Positions 7,558-18,684 of a stretch of DNA of 64,000 nucleotides are shown here, piece by piece. A program made the position numbers and the translations under genes. Numbering within the stretch: position 1 is the stretch's first letter; each line of letters begins with the position of its first letter. The notes under the pieces were generated by a model. That model saw only the letters and a program-made list of their open reading frames with translations. It was not told the DNA's origin and did no database searches. The stretch covers positions 12,725-76,724 of the forward strand of contig DASRFM010000069.1 in the NCBI GenBank assembly GCA_035651575.1, in the 5' to 3' direction. This DNA is from Burkholderiales bacterium. GTDB taxonomy: Bacteria; Pseudomonadota; Gammaproteobacteria; Burkholderiales; SG8-39.

Positions 7558-8541
7558 ATGCCTGAGACCGTCGCCAAACCACAGCCTGTGATTCCGATTG
7601 CCGGGTTCAAGGACGTCTACGACGTCCCGAGCGTGGAGAAGGCTCTGCACGAGCTGCCGCCCGGCGCGAACGAGGCGCTGCGCGCGGTGTACGAGAAGAT
7701 GCTGCGCCTCGGCGGCCAGCGCTTCACCGTCAAGCCCTCGGCGCTGCCCGAGATGGACGCCCTCTTCGAGGAGCTGCCCAATTTCACCGCGGCGCTCGAG
7801 GACATCCGCAAGCACCTCGCGCTGTGCATCGACTCGAACGACTCGGTCGAGTTACCGCCGATGCTGCTCCTCGGCGAGCCGGGAATCGGCAAGACGCACT
7901 TCGCGCGCAAGGTCGCGCAGCTGCTCGGCACCGGCTTCGGCTTCGTGCCGATGAGCTCGCTCACCGCCGGCTGGGTGCTCTCCGGCGCCTCGTCGCAATG
8001 GAAGAACGCGAAGCCGGGCAAGGTGTTCGACACCTTCCTCAACGGCGACTACGCGAACCCCGTCATCGTCGTCGATGAGATCGACAAGGCGAGCGGCGAG
8101 GGGCAGTACGACCCGCTCGGCGCACTCTACGAGCTCCTCGAGAGCCAGACCGCGACGCGCTTCGTGGACGAGTTCGTCGAGCTGCCGATCGACGCCTCGG
8201 GCGCGGTATGGCTCGCCACCGCGAACGACCCGGCACGCATCCCCGAGCCGCTCCTGAACCGGCTGTGCGTGTACGAGATCGACGCCCCGGACGCGGCGGG
8301 CGCCGCGCGCATCGCGCAGAACATTTATGGCGAGATCCGCGGCGCGCACGACTGGGGACGCGCGTTCCCCGAGCGCCTCGGCGGCTCGGCGCTCGCCAAG
8401 CTCGCCACGATGCCGCCGCGCGAGATGCGCCGCGCGATCCACGCCGCCTTCGGCAACGCGAAGATCGCGGGACGCGGCGAAGTCACGCCCGAGGACATCA
8501 GCGACGGCCGCGCCGGCCGGAAAGCGCGGATCGGCTTCTAA
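7558..8541 (+). CDS. AAA+ ATPase resembling the Lon ATPase module, without a protease domain
   Basis: 327 aa. Walker A is LLLGEPGIGKTHFARKVA and Walker B is VIVVDEIDKAS. GDPLGALYELLESQTATRFVDEFVELPIDASGAVWLATAN and IPEPLLNRLCV parallel Lon AAA+ motifs. SD GGAAGGTGG lies upstream. Confidence 0.7.
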   Translation: MPETVAKPQPVIPIAGFKDVYDVPSVEKALHELPPGANEALRAVYEKMLRLGGQRFTVKPSALPEMDALFEELPNFTAALEDIRKHLALCIDSNDSVELPPMLLLGEPGIGKTHFARKVAQLLGTGFGFVPMSSLTAGWVLSGASSQWKNAKPGKVFDTFLNGDYANPVIVVDEIDKASGEGQYDPLGALYELLESQTATRFVDEFVELPIDASGAVWLATANDPARIPEPLLNRLCVYEIDAPDAAGAARIAQNIYGEIRGAHDWGRAFPERLGGSALAKLATMPPREMRRAIHAAFGNAKIAGRGEVTPEDISDGRAGRKARIGF

Positions 8542-8819
8542 TGCTTGGCCGGGTTTAGCGTGCCCCGGTTGTAGTCCCGGTCGCCCTCGTAGACCTTGCG
8601 GCCGAGGCCGAACAGCCCGCCCTGCGCCGAGCGCTCGCGCGCATCCTCTTTTTCGGCGGCGGCGCGCTGCACCTCGGCTTTCTGGCGGTCCGCGTATTCC
8701 CAGCGCCCGTTGGGCAGGAGCCTGACCCTCTCGCCGGTCGCGGTCGTTGCCTCGATCGGGCTCTCCTGCGAAAAGACATGCGGAGAAAAGAGCAGCAGAA
8801 AAACCAGCGCGGCCCTCAA
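8538..8819 (-). CDS. Small secreted hypothetical protein (93 aa)
   Basis: TTG at 8819..8817 overlaps the alaS stop as TTGA. The N-terminus (M)[20 protein letters not shown] looks like a signal peptide. GC3-rich codons. The 3' end overlaps the convergent AAA+ gene by 4 nt. Confidence 0.5.
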   Translation of the reverse strand: MRAALVFLLLFSPHVFSQESPIEATTATGERVRLLPNGRWEYADRQKAEVQRAAAEKEDARERSAQGGLFGLGRKVYEGDRDYNRGTLNPAKH

Positions 8820-11764
8820 AGGCGCTGCTCGACCCAGGGCTGGACCGAGCGCAGCGCGCCCGGAAGCTTGGCGGCGTCGGTGCCGCCCGCCTGCGCCATG
8901 TCGGGGCGGCCACCGCCCTTGCCGCCGACCTGCTGCGCCACGTAGTTCACGAGCTCGCCCGCCTTCACCTTCGCCGTGAGGTCCGGCGTGACGCCGGCGA
9001 TCAGCGAGACCTTGCCCTCGTTCACCGCGCCCAGAACGATCGCCGCGGACTTGAGCTTGCCCTTCAGCTGGTCCAGCGTCTCGCGCAGGATCTTCGGGTC
9101 GGCGCCCTCGACGGTCACGGCGAGCACCTTGGCACCCTTTACGTCCACCGCCTGCGCGCTCAGGTCGGAGCCCTGGCTCGAGACGAGCTTCAGCTTGAGG
9201 CGCGCAAGCTCCTTCTCCAGCGCGCGCTTCTCCTCGAGCATCCCGCTCAGCGCCTTCTCGACCATGCCGGGACCCGGCTGCGCGCGCAGCTGGCGCGCCA
9301 CCTCGCCGAACTCCTTCAGCTGCTCGTTGACCAGGCCGAGCGCGCGCTCGCCGGTCGTGGCCTCGACGCGGCGGATGCCGGCCGCGACGCCGCCCTCGGA
9401 ATAGATCTTGAAGAGTCCGATGTCGCCGGTGCGCGCGACGTGCGTGCCGCCGCAGAATTCGCGCGAGGTGCCGATGTCGAGCACGCGCACCTCGTCGCCG
9501 TACTTCTCGCCGAAGAGCATCATGGCGCCGGAGCTCTTCGCCTGCTCGATCGGCATGACCTGCGCGCGCGTCGGCGTGTTCTGCAGGATCTCGGCGTTGA
9601 CGCGCGCCTCGACCTCGCGGATCTCCTCCTCGCTCACCGGCTTGCCATGCGAGAAGTCGAAGCGCGTCTTGTCGGCGTCGACGAGCGAGCCGCGCTGCTG
9701 GACGTGGCCGCCGAGCACGTCGCGCAGCGCCTTGTGCATGAGGTGCGTGACCGAGTGGTTGCGCATCGTGCGCCGGCGAAGCGCGCTGTCGACGCGAGCC
9801 TCGACGCGGTCGCCGACCTTCAGGCGACCGACCTTGAGCGTGCCGTGGTGGCCGAAGACCTCCGCCTGGATCTTCTGGGTGTCGTCCACCGAGAACGTGC
9901 CGCCCGGGGCGACGAGCTCGCCGCGGTCGCCCACCTGGCCGCCCGATTCCGCGTAGAACGGGGTCTCGTCGAGCACCACGGTGCCCGTGTCGCCGCTCTT
10001 CAGCTCCTCGACGCGCGTGCCCTCCCGGTAGAGCGCGACGACCTTCGCCGGATGGTCCATCTTCTCGTAGCCGCGGAATTCCGTCCTGGCGCCGCTGTAC
10101 TCCAGTCCCGCCGCCATCGCGAACTTCGATGCGGCGCGCGCCTTGGCGCGCTGCTCCTGCATGGCCGTGTCGTACGCCGAGACGTCGACCGGGATGCCTT
10201 TCTCGCGGCACAGATCCTGCGTCAGGTCGAACGGAAAGCCGTACGTGTCGTAGAGCGTGAAGGCGGTGCGGCCGTCGAACGGGATCGCCGCTTCCCTCAG
10301 GTAGATCACGCGCACCTTGTCGTAGTCGCGCCCGCGGCCCACCTTGTCGAGCAGCTCCTCGGGCGTCTTGTCGGACGGGCCGTGGAACACGAGGTACATG
10401 CGCGCGGGCTTGCCCGACTTGGCCGCGTACTCGTCTACCGCCGCGACGCAGGCGCGCACCAGCTCGTCGACGTTCGCCACCGCGCCCGCGCGCTTCACCT
10501 GCACGAGGATGTCCTCGTTGTCCTTGTGGAACGCGCCGTCGGAAATGCGGCCCCTCGTTTCCTCGAAAAACCTGAAGTCGTGCACAAAGTGGTCGCGGAT
10601 ATAGCCGATCGCCCGCGCCTCGGTCTTCGCGCCCTGCTCGAAGAGCCGCATGCCGTTCTCGAGCGTCTCGGCGAACTTCTCCTCTTCGGCCTTGAGCGTC
10701 TCGGCGACGCGCGCCTTCGAAGCGCGCAGCTCGGGGTAGGCATCGCCCATCGCCTGGTCGAGGTCCCCGACCAGGCGGTAGAAGAACGGCTCCTTGCGGC
10801 CGAGCTGGTAGCCGTGGCGGATCGCCCGGCGGATGATCCGCCTCAGCACGTAGCCGCGCCCCTCGTTGCCGGGAATGACGCCGTCGACCACGAGGAAGGC
10901 ACAGGCGCGGATGTGGTCCGCGATCACGTTGAGCGAAGGCTGCCTGAAATTCCTCTGGCCGGTCTCGCGCGCCGCCGCCTTGATGAGATCCTGGAACAGG
11001 TCGATCTCGTAGTTGGAATGCTTGCCCTGCAGCACTGCCGCGATGCGCTCGAGCCCCATCCCCGTATCGACGCAGGGCTTGGGCAGGGGGGTGAGCACGC
11101 CCTTCTCGTCCCGGCTGTACTGCATGAAGACGAGGTTCCAGATCTCGATGTAGCGGTCGCCCTCCGCGTCGGGCGAGCCCGGGGGGCCGCCCGCGATGCC
11201 CGGGCCGTGGTCGTAGAAGATCTCGCTGCACGGCCCGCAGGGACCGGTGTCGGCCATCTGCCAGAAATTGTCGGACTGGTATTTGGGCGCGCCGGGCTTG
11301 TCGCCGATGCGCACGACCCGCTCCTTCGGCAGTCCGATCATCTTCGTCCAGAGCTCGTAGGCCTCGTCGTCGGTCTCGTAGACCGTCGCCCAGAGCTTGT
11401 CGACCGGCAGCTTGTAGACCTTCGTCAGGAGCTCCCAGGCGAAGGCGATCGCATCCTTCTTGAAGTAGTCGCCGAAAGAGAAATTGCCGAGCATCTCGAA
11501 GAAGGTGTGGTGCCGGGCGGTGTATCCCACGTTCTCGAGATCGTTGTGCTTGCCCCCGGCGCGCAGCGAGCGCTGCGAGCTCGTGGCGCGCGAATAGGGC
11601 CTCTTGTCCTTGCCGAGGAACACGTCCTTGAACTGCACCATCCCCGAGTTCGTGAAGAGCAGCGTCGGGTCGTTCGCCGGAACGAGCGGACTCGAGGGCA
11701 CCACGCTGTGGCCCTTCGAGCGGAAGTACTCGAGGAAGCTCGAGCGGATTTCTGCGCTTTTCAT
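8816..11764 (-). CDS. alaS: Alanine--tRNA ligase carrying an insertion of about 109 aa
   Basis: 982 aa. Contains [55 protein letters not shown], the editing-domain motifs HSVTHLMH and CGGTHV, and the C-terminal [15 protein letters not shown]. See the finding on the insertion at about 10286..10624. Confidence 0.95.
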   Translation of the reverse strand: MKSAEIRSSFLEYFRSKGHSVVPSSPLVPANDPTLLFTNSGMVQFKDVFLGKDKRPYSRATSSQRSLRAGGKHNDLENVGYTARHHTFFEMLGNFSFGDYFKKDAIAFAWELLTKVYKLPVDKLWATVYETDDEAYELWTKMIGLPKERVVRIGDKPGAPKYQSDNFWQMADTGPCGPCSEIFYDHGPGIAGGPPGSPDAEGDRYIEIWNLVFMQYSRDEKGVLTPLPKPCVDTGMGLERIAAVLQGKHSNYEIDLFQDLIKAAARETGQRNFRQPSLNVIADHIRACAFLVVDGVIPGNEGRGYVLRRIIRRAIRHGYQLGRKEPFFYRLVGDLDQAMGDAYPELRASKARVAETLKAEEEKFAETLENGMRLFEQGAKTEARAIGYIRDHFVHDFRFFEETRGRISDGAFHKDNEDILVQVKRAGAVANVDELVRACVAAVDEYAAKSGKPARMYLVFHGPSDKTPEELLDKVGRGRDYDKVRVIYLREAAIPFDGRTAFTLYDTYGFPFDLTQDLCREKGIPVDVSAYDTAMQEQRAKARAASKFAMAAGLEYSGARTEFRGYEKMDHPAKVVALYREGTRVEELKSGDTGTVVLDETPFYAESGGQVGDRGELVAPGGTFSVDDTQKIQAEVFGHHGTLKVGRLKVGDRVEARVDSALRRRTMRNHSVTHLMHKALRDVLGGHVQQRGSLVDADKTRFDFSHGKPVSEEEIREVEARVNAEILQNTPTRAQVMPIEQAKSSGAMMLFGEKYGDEVRVLDIGTSREFCGGTHVARTGDIGLFKIYSEGGVAAGIRRVEATTGERALGLVNEQLKEFGEVARQLRAQPGPGMVEKALSGMLEEKRALEKELARLKLKLVSSQGSDLSAQAVDVKGAKVLAVTVEGADPKILRETLDQLKGKLKSAAIVLGAVNEGKVSLIAGVTPDLTAKVKAGELVNYVAQQVGGKGGGRPDMAQAGGTDAAKLPGALRSVQPWVEQRL

Positions 11765-11781
11765 CCGCTTGATTTTACGCG

Positions 11782-11814
11782 AAAAACCGCGGGCGCCGGC
11801 CGGACGCCGCGGGT
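11782..11814 (-). terminator. GC-rich hairpin plus U5 downstream of the recA-recX-HTH unit, 17 nt upstream of the alaS ATG
   Basis: Minus strand reads ACCCGCGGCGUCCGGCCGGCGCCCGCGGU-UUUUU. About 11 bp of stem with two single-nt bulges. Hand-folded only. Confidence 0.45.
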
Positions 11815-11819
11815 AAACG

Positions 11820-12158
11820 CTACGCGTTGATGCGCCCGTACTTCAAGAGCCGCGCGCGCACCGCGCCCATCGTGCGCTCGTGCGCCGCCGCGAGCTCCTG
11901 CAGCGCGCGGCCCGCGTCGAACGCGGCGAGGAGCTTGCGGTCCTCGTCTTCGGACCACGGCTCGCCGGTCTTCGCCGGCATCTGCTGCCTGCGCCGCTCG
12001 AAGCGCTCGATGCGCTCAAGCGCCGTCGCGGCCTCGTAGAGTGCGCGCACCACATGCGGACGCTGGTAGGCGCTCTCCGGCGGGAAGACTTCCCCACTTT
12101 CCGGGTCGACGCCGTTCGCGAGCGAGCGAACCACTGCCAATGCTTGTGCCGAATCCAT
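11820..12158 (-). CDS. Small hypothetical protein with a C-terminal helix-turn-helix-like (Myb/SANT-like) segment
   Basis: ATG at 12158 is preceded by GGAGGTGAGAGG. 112 aa. The C-terminus reads [44 protein letters not shown]. The fold call is pattern-based only. Confidence 0.55.
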   Translation of the reverse strand: MDSAQALAVVRSLANGVDPESGEVFPPESAYQRPHVVRALYEAATALERIERFERRRQQMPAKTGEPWSEDEDRKLLAAFDAGRALQELAAAHERTMGAVRARLLKYGRINA

Positions 12159-12239
12159 GCCTCTCACCTCCTCTCTACGCAACCGATGCGTATACGGAGC
12201 AACGCATAAGCGGCCGACGCGAATACTCGGACTGTCCGA

Positions 12240-12683
12240 CTACTCGAGATTCTTGAGCACGCGCGAAATGATGTCGTAGGAGAAGCCGCGGCTTTGCAGA
12301 AAGCGGGCGCGTTTTGCCTGCTCCGCGCGGTCCCTGCTCTCCACCGGAAACTTCCTTTGGAAGATCGCCCGCGCGCGCTCGAGCTCGTCGCCGGTCGCCA
12401 CGCGGCCGATGACCTCGTCGGAAATTCCGCGGGCCTTGAGATCCTGCCGGATCTTGGCGGCGCCGTACTTGCGGGAAAGGGAACGAGCGCGTTCTTCGGC
12501 GAAGCGCTCGTCCGAGAGCTGCTTCCTTGAGAGCAGACTGTCCAGCAGTGCTTCCACGGCTTGCGGCGATTCTGCGTGCGGGGCCAGCTTGCGGGCGAGC
12601 TCCGCGCGCGAGTGTTCCCGTCTTACGAGATACCGAAGCGCCCGCGCCTTGAGCTCCGCGGGCGTGTCCGGCTTCTCTTCCAT
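12240..12683 (-). CDS. recX: Recombination regulator RecX
   Basis: 147 aa. Contains ...[23 protein letters not shown]... and repeated helical motifs. The start abuts the recA stop (TAG ATG). Confidence 0.9.
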   Translation of the reverse strand: MEEKPDTPAELKARALRYLVRREHSRAELARKLAPHAESPQAVEALLDSLLSRKQLSDERFAEERARSLSRKYGAAKIRQDLKARGISDEVIGRVATGDELERARAIFQRKFPVESRDRAEQAKRARFLQSRGFSYDIISRVLKNLE

Positions 12684-13751
<1,068 letters not shown>

Positions 13752-13904
13752 CTTGTACCTCTTCTTTTAATATGTCGGCATCTAACGGCAGGCGTCGGAC
13801 TTCTCGCGGCGCTGGGCCAACACCGGGATACTGTATAAACGTCCATATTGTGCGGCCGTTGACCGGCCGCTGTCAAATCGCAAAAACCCTTAGGAGACAG
13901 AACG

Positions 13905-14783
13905 ATGGCGAACGTTGCATTCCTCGGCCTCGGCGTCATGGGCTACCCGATGGCGGGGCACCTGAAGAAGAAAGGCGGCCACGAAGTCACCGTCTATAAC
14001 CGCACCGCCGCCAAGGCGCAGCAGTGGGTGAAGGAGCACGGCGGCAAGAGCGCCGCCACGCCGCGCGAGGCCGCCCGGGGCTGCGAGTTCGTGATGATGT
14101 GCGTGGGCAACGACAGCGACCTGCGCTCGGTCGTCTTCGGCGACAACGGCGTGCTGGCCGGCATGCAGAAGGGCGCCGTCCTCGTCGACCATACGACGGT
14201 CTCGGCCACCATCGCGCGCGAGATCCACGAGAAAGCCAAATCGCAGGGCGTGGGCTTCGTCGATGCGCCGGTCTCCGGCGGCCAGGCGGGCGCGGTGAAC
14301 GGCCAGCTCGGCATCATGTGCGGCGGCGAGGACGCGGTGTTCGCCAGGGCGAAGCCGGTGATCGACGCCTACGCGAAGATGGCGGCGCTCATCGGCGGCC
14401 CGGGCGCGGGCCAGCTCACCAAGATGGTGAACCAGATCTGCATTGCGGGCATCGCGCAGGGCCTTGCCGAAGCCGTGAGCTTCGCGAAGAGGAACAAGCT
14501 CGACGTGGAGAAGGTGATCGGCGTCATCTCCAAGGGCGCGGCGCAGTCCTGGCAGATGGAGAACCGCTGGAAGCAGATGGACGAGATGAAGGCCGAGGGC
14601 TTCGGCTTCGCCACCGAGTGGATGAGGAAGGACATGGCCATCTGCCTCGACCAGGCGAGGAAGTCTGGCGCGCGCCTTCCGCTCGCCGCGCTCGTCGACC
14701 AGTTCTGGTCGCACCTCGAGGCGCGCGGCGGCAAGCGCTGGGACAGCACGGCCGGGCTCGTGCAGCTGCTGCTCAAGGACTAG
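13905..14783 (+). CDS. NAD(P)-dependent beta-hydroxyacid dehydrogenase (3-hydroxyisobutyrate dehydrogenase family)
   Basis: 292 aa. N-terminal Rossmann motif VAFLGLGVMGYPMAGHL, then DAPVSGG and the GAGQLTKMVNQ motifs. Confidence 0.85.
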   Translation: MANVAFLGLGVMGYPMAGHLKKKGGHEVTVYNRTAAKAQQWVKEHGGKSAATPREAARGCEFVMMCVGNDSDLRSVVFGDNGVLAGMQKGAVLVDHTTVSATIAREIHEKAKSQGVGFVDAPVSGGQAGAVNGQLGIMCGGEDAVFARAKPVIDAYAKMAALIGGPGAGQLTKMVNQICIAGIAQGLAEAVSFAKRNKLDVEKVIGVISKGAAQSWQMENRWKQMDEMKAEGFGFATEWMRKDMAICLDQARKSGARLPLAALVDQFWSHLEARGGKRWDSTAGLVQLLLKD

Positions 14784-14789
14784 GGCCGC

Positions 14790-17006
14790 TCAGGAAGCCT
14801 GCAGCATGCGCACTTCGGCGTTGGTGTAGCGCAGCCGAACGGCGAGCGTCCGGGCGAGGCCCTCGAGCAGGTTGAGCGCGAGCACCCGGTGCTCCTGCGC
14901 GAGGCCGTCGAAGCGCGCGCGCGGCAGCACGAAGAGCTCGGTCTGCGTCGCCGCCAAGGCGTCGGCCGAGCGCGTTTCGCGGTCGAGAAAGGCCATCTCG
15001 CCGAAGAAGTCGCCGCGGCTGAAGGTCGCGAGGTGGTGGCTCTGGCCCTCGGCGATCGGCAGCAGCGCGCGCACCCTGCCCTTGCGGATGAGGTAGAGCT
15101 CGTCGCCCCGCTCGCCGCGGCGAAAGATGACGTCGTTCTCGGCATAGCTGCGCGTCTCCATGCACGCGCGCAGCGCCGCCAGCGTCTCCGCCTTGCGCCC
15201 GCGGAAGAGCTCGATCTCCTCGAGCTCGAGCGGCCGCTCCTCGGCGCGCTCGACGCCCGAGCCCTGGAGCAGCCGGTTCTCGACCCACTCGAGCGCCTCG
15301 TCCAGATGATTGAAGATCTGCGCGTGCCGCTCCGGCCTCACCAGGCCCACCTGGTCGAAGTAGCGGCCGAGGTCCTGCCCGCTCGGCAGGTGCAGCGGCA
15401 GGTGGCTGAAGAGGAGATAGGCCTTGCGCTCCTGCAGCGCGTCCTCGATGCGCTCGAGCACATGGGCGGCGGTCACATCCACGGACTGCACGCGGCGCAT
15501 GTCGAGGATCACGTAGCTTCGCGTGTCGAGATGCGGCTCGAGCTGCATGTAGAGCTGGTCGGTGGTGCCGAAGAAAAGGCTGCCCTGCAGCTCGAACACG
15601 ATCGCCTCCTCGCCGCGCCGGGCGAGGATCTCCATCTCGCTCGGCAGGCGGACCTGCCTCGAGCGCATGTGCGTCAGGAAGGACTTGCGGTGCACCACGC
15701 TGGCACGCGTCTGCTCGCGGATGAAGAGCATCCCCGCCAAGCCGGTGCCGACGATCGATGCGGCGATCAGGCCGACCGTTTCCGCGACCAGCACCACGGC
15801 GAGGATGACGAGGAAGTCGAGCAGCGTCTGCCGCGAGCGCGCAAGGTGCAGGCTCTCCCAATCGATCATGCGCACGCCGATCACGATCAGGATGCCCGCG
15901 AGGGCGGCGATCGGAATCCACGCCACGAGCGGCGCGAGCGCGAGGAGCGCGGCGAGCGAGAGCGCGCCTTCCGTCATGCCGGAGCGGCGCGTCCAGCCGC
16001 CGCCGGCGATGTTCACCATGGTCGGCCCCATGGCGCCTGCGCCGGGCGCGCCGCCGAGAAGCGCGGCTGCGACGTTGCCGCTGCCCTGCCCGAGCAGCAC
16101 GCGGTTCGAGTCGTGCCGGCTTCGCGTCACGGCGTCGGTCACCACGCAGGTCTTGAGCGTATCGATCGACAGCAGCACCGCGAGCGTCAGTCCGGGAATG
16201 AATGCCGCGGCGAGCGACGCCAGGTCGATATGCAGGACCGAGCTCCAGCGGGCCATGGAAAGCCGCGCGAGCGCCTCGAGCGAGACCGGGACGTTGCCGA
16301 TCACGAGGGGATTGCGCTCCAGGCGCAGGAGCGCGCGATCGGCGAGGCCCAAGGCAAGGAAAGCGATCATGCCGCCGGCCAGGCCGAGGACCGGGGCGGG
16401 CACCGCTTTGGTCAGCCTCGGGCCGAGCGTCATGGCGGCGACCGTGGCAGCGCCGATGGCGATCGCCTGGGCGCTCCACCCCGAGGGCGAAGTGATCACC
16501 TGCTCGAGCGAGCCCGCAGCGCCGAGAAGCTTCGGAACCTGGCTGAGCACGATGATGAGCCCGACCCCGGTCATGTAGCCGCTCACCACCGGGTAGGGCA
16601 TGTACTTGATGAGGCGGCCGAGGCCCACGGCCCCGAAGGCACCCTGGAAAAGCCCGCAGATGAGCGTGATGAGAACGAGCGAGAGCAGCACCGATTCTGG
16701 CGGCGCCCCGGCGCCCGTTGCATGGATGGCGAAGGCCGAGAGCAGCGCCGCAGCGGGCGCGCAAGGCGTGCTGATCAATCGCGGCGCGCCGCCGAGCGCC
16801 GCGGTAACGAGGCCGAGCGCCGCGGCGCCCAGCAGCCCGGCGAGCGCGCCCTCGGCGGAGAAGCCCGCCCCGAGCGGCGAGAGGATGGTCACCCCGAAGG
16901 CGATCGCCGAGGGCACCGCGACCAGCATCGCGGCGGTTCCTCCCCACAGGTCGCCCGCGAGGCTGCCGCGCGCCTTGGTGTCCATCGCGTGAACGTAGCC
17001 CGCCAT
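14790..17006 (-). CDS. SulP-family anion transporter with C-terminal STAS and cyclic-nucleotide-binding domains
   Basis: Internal ATG at 17006 of track ORF 14790..17594 (MAGYVHAMDTKARGSLAGDLWGG...), giving 738 aa. Polytopic SulP core. The C-terminus ...FRRGERGDELYLIRKGRV...RGDFFGEMAFLDRETRSADA is a cNMP-binding fold. Confidence 0.85.
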   Translation of the reverse strand: MAGYVHAMDTKARGSLAGDLWGGTAAMLVAVPSAIAFGVTILSPLGAGFSAEGALAGLLGAAALGLVTAALGGAPRLISTPCAPAAALLSAFAIHATGAGAPPESVLLSLVLITLICGLFQGAFGAVGLGRLIKYMPYPVVSGYMTGVGLIIVLSQVPKLLGAAGSLEQVITSPSGWSAQAIAIGAATVAAMTLGPRLTKAVPAPVLGLAGGMIAFLALGLADRALLRLERNPLVIGNVPVSLEALARLSMARWSSVLHIDLASLAAAFIPGLTLAVLLSIDTLKTCVVTDAVTRSRHDSNRVLLGQGSGNVAAALLGGAPGAGAMGPTMVNIAGGGWTRRSGMTEGALSLAALLALAPLVAWIPIAALAGILIVIGVRMIDWESLHLARSRQTLLDFLVILAVVLVAETVGLIAASIVGTGLAGMLFIREQTRASVVHRKSFLTHMRSRQVRLPSEMEILARRGEEAIVFELQGSLFFGTTDQLYMQLEPHLDTRSYVILDMRRVQSVDVTAAHVLERIEDALQERKAYLLFSHLPLHLPSGQDLGRYFDQVGLVRPERHAQIFNHLDEALEWVENRLLQGSGVERAEERPLELEEIELFRGRKAETLAALRACMETRSYAENDVIFRRGERGDELYLIRKGRVRALLPIAEGQSHHLATFSRGDFFGEMAFLDRETRSADALAATQTELFVLPRARFDGLAQEHRVLALNLLEGLARTLAVRLRYTNAEVRMLQAS

Positions 17007-17023
17007 CGCGCTCGCCTCTTGAC

Positions 17024-17610
17024 CTAGGTTAACCGATGGAAGACGAGCAGCCGGTTGTTCGCGGGCATTGGATGATCCGCGGCCAGCGCCATGCCGTTCT
17101 CCTTTCCCAAGGCAGCTACGGCAGCGCAGTCGCGCAGCCCGCTCGCAGGGTCGCGGGCGCGCAGCATCGCGTCGAAACGCAGGTTGCTCTCGACGGTCGG
17201 CCGGTCCGCATACAAGAACGGGCCGTAGAGCACGAAGACGCCGTCGGGCGGCAGCAGCCGCGCTACGCCGGCGAAAAGCTTCCTCACCTGCGCCCAGGAC
17301 ATGATGTGGCAGGTATTCGCCGAGAACACCGCGTCCGCTTCGATGTCCGGCCAGGCGTGGTCCACGTCGAGCTCTATGGGAGCCAGGAGGTTGCCCGCGC
17401 GCGCGTCCTCGACCCAGGCGAGGATGCCGGGCAGATTCTCGGCGCGGTCGCTCGGCTGCCAAACGAGGTGCGGCAAACGCGGCGCCAGGAACGCCGCGTG
17501 CTGGCCGGTGCCCGAGCCGATCTCGAGCACGCGCGAGCGTCCGGCAAAAACGCCCTCGAGCACCGCGAGGATCGGAGCGCGGTTGCGCTCGCAAGCCTCG
17601 GAGAAAGGTT

Positions 17611-17614
<4 letters not shown>
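17024..17614 (-). CDS. DUF938-family class I SAM-dependent methyltransferase (start codon non-canonical or uncertain)
   Basis: (L)KPFSEACERNRAPILAVLEGVFAGRSRVLEIGSGTGQHAAF... There is no ATG/GTG/TTG upstream of the conserved N-terminus. The only candidate is CTG at 17614..17612, inside a CTGA overlap with the upstream stop. Confidence 0.7.

Positions 17615-18680
<1,066 letters not shown>

Positions 18681-18684
<4 letters not shown>

Noticed and set aside
10286-10624. Intein as an explanation for the AlaRS insertion
   Set aside because: The insert is about 109 aa, shorter than known mini-inteins. It lacks an N-terminal Cys/Ser splice residue and a C-terminal His-Asn followed by Cys/Ser/Thr. 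It is kept as an unexplained insertion domain instead.
13831-13846. Possible LexA SOS box upstream of recA (CTGTATAAACGTCCAT)
   Set aside because: Only the left half matches CTGT-N8-ACAG. The right half is CCAT instead of ACAG, so the critical CAG is missing, and no better box lies nearby. It may be a degenerate or lineage-specific operator, but I cannot support it from sequence alone. A 7-bp perfect hairpin/palindrome GCGGCCG-TTGAC-CGGCCGC at 13852..13870 was also noted, with no assignable role.
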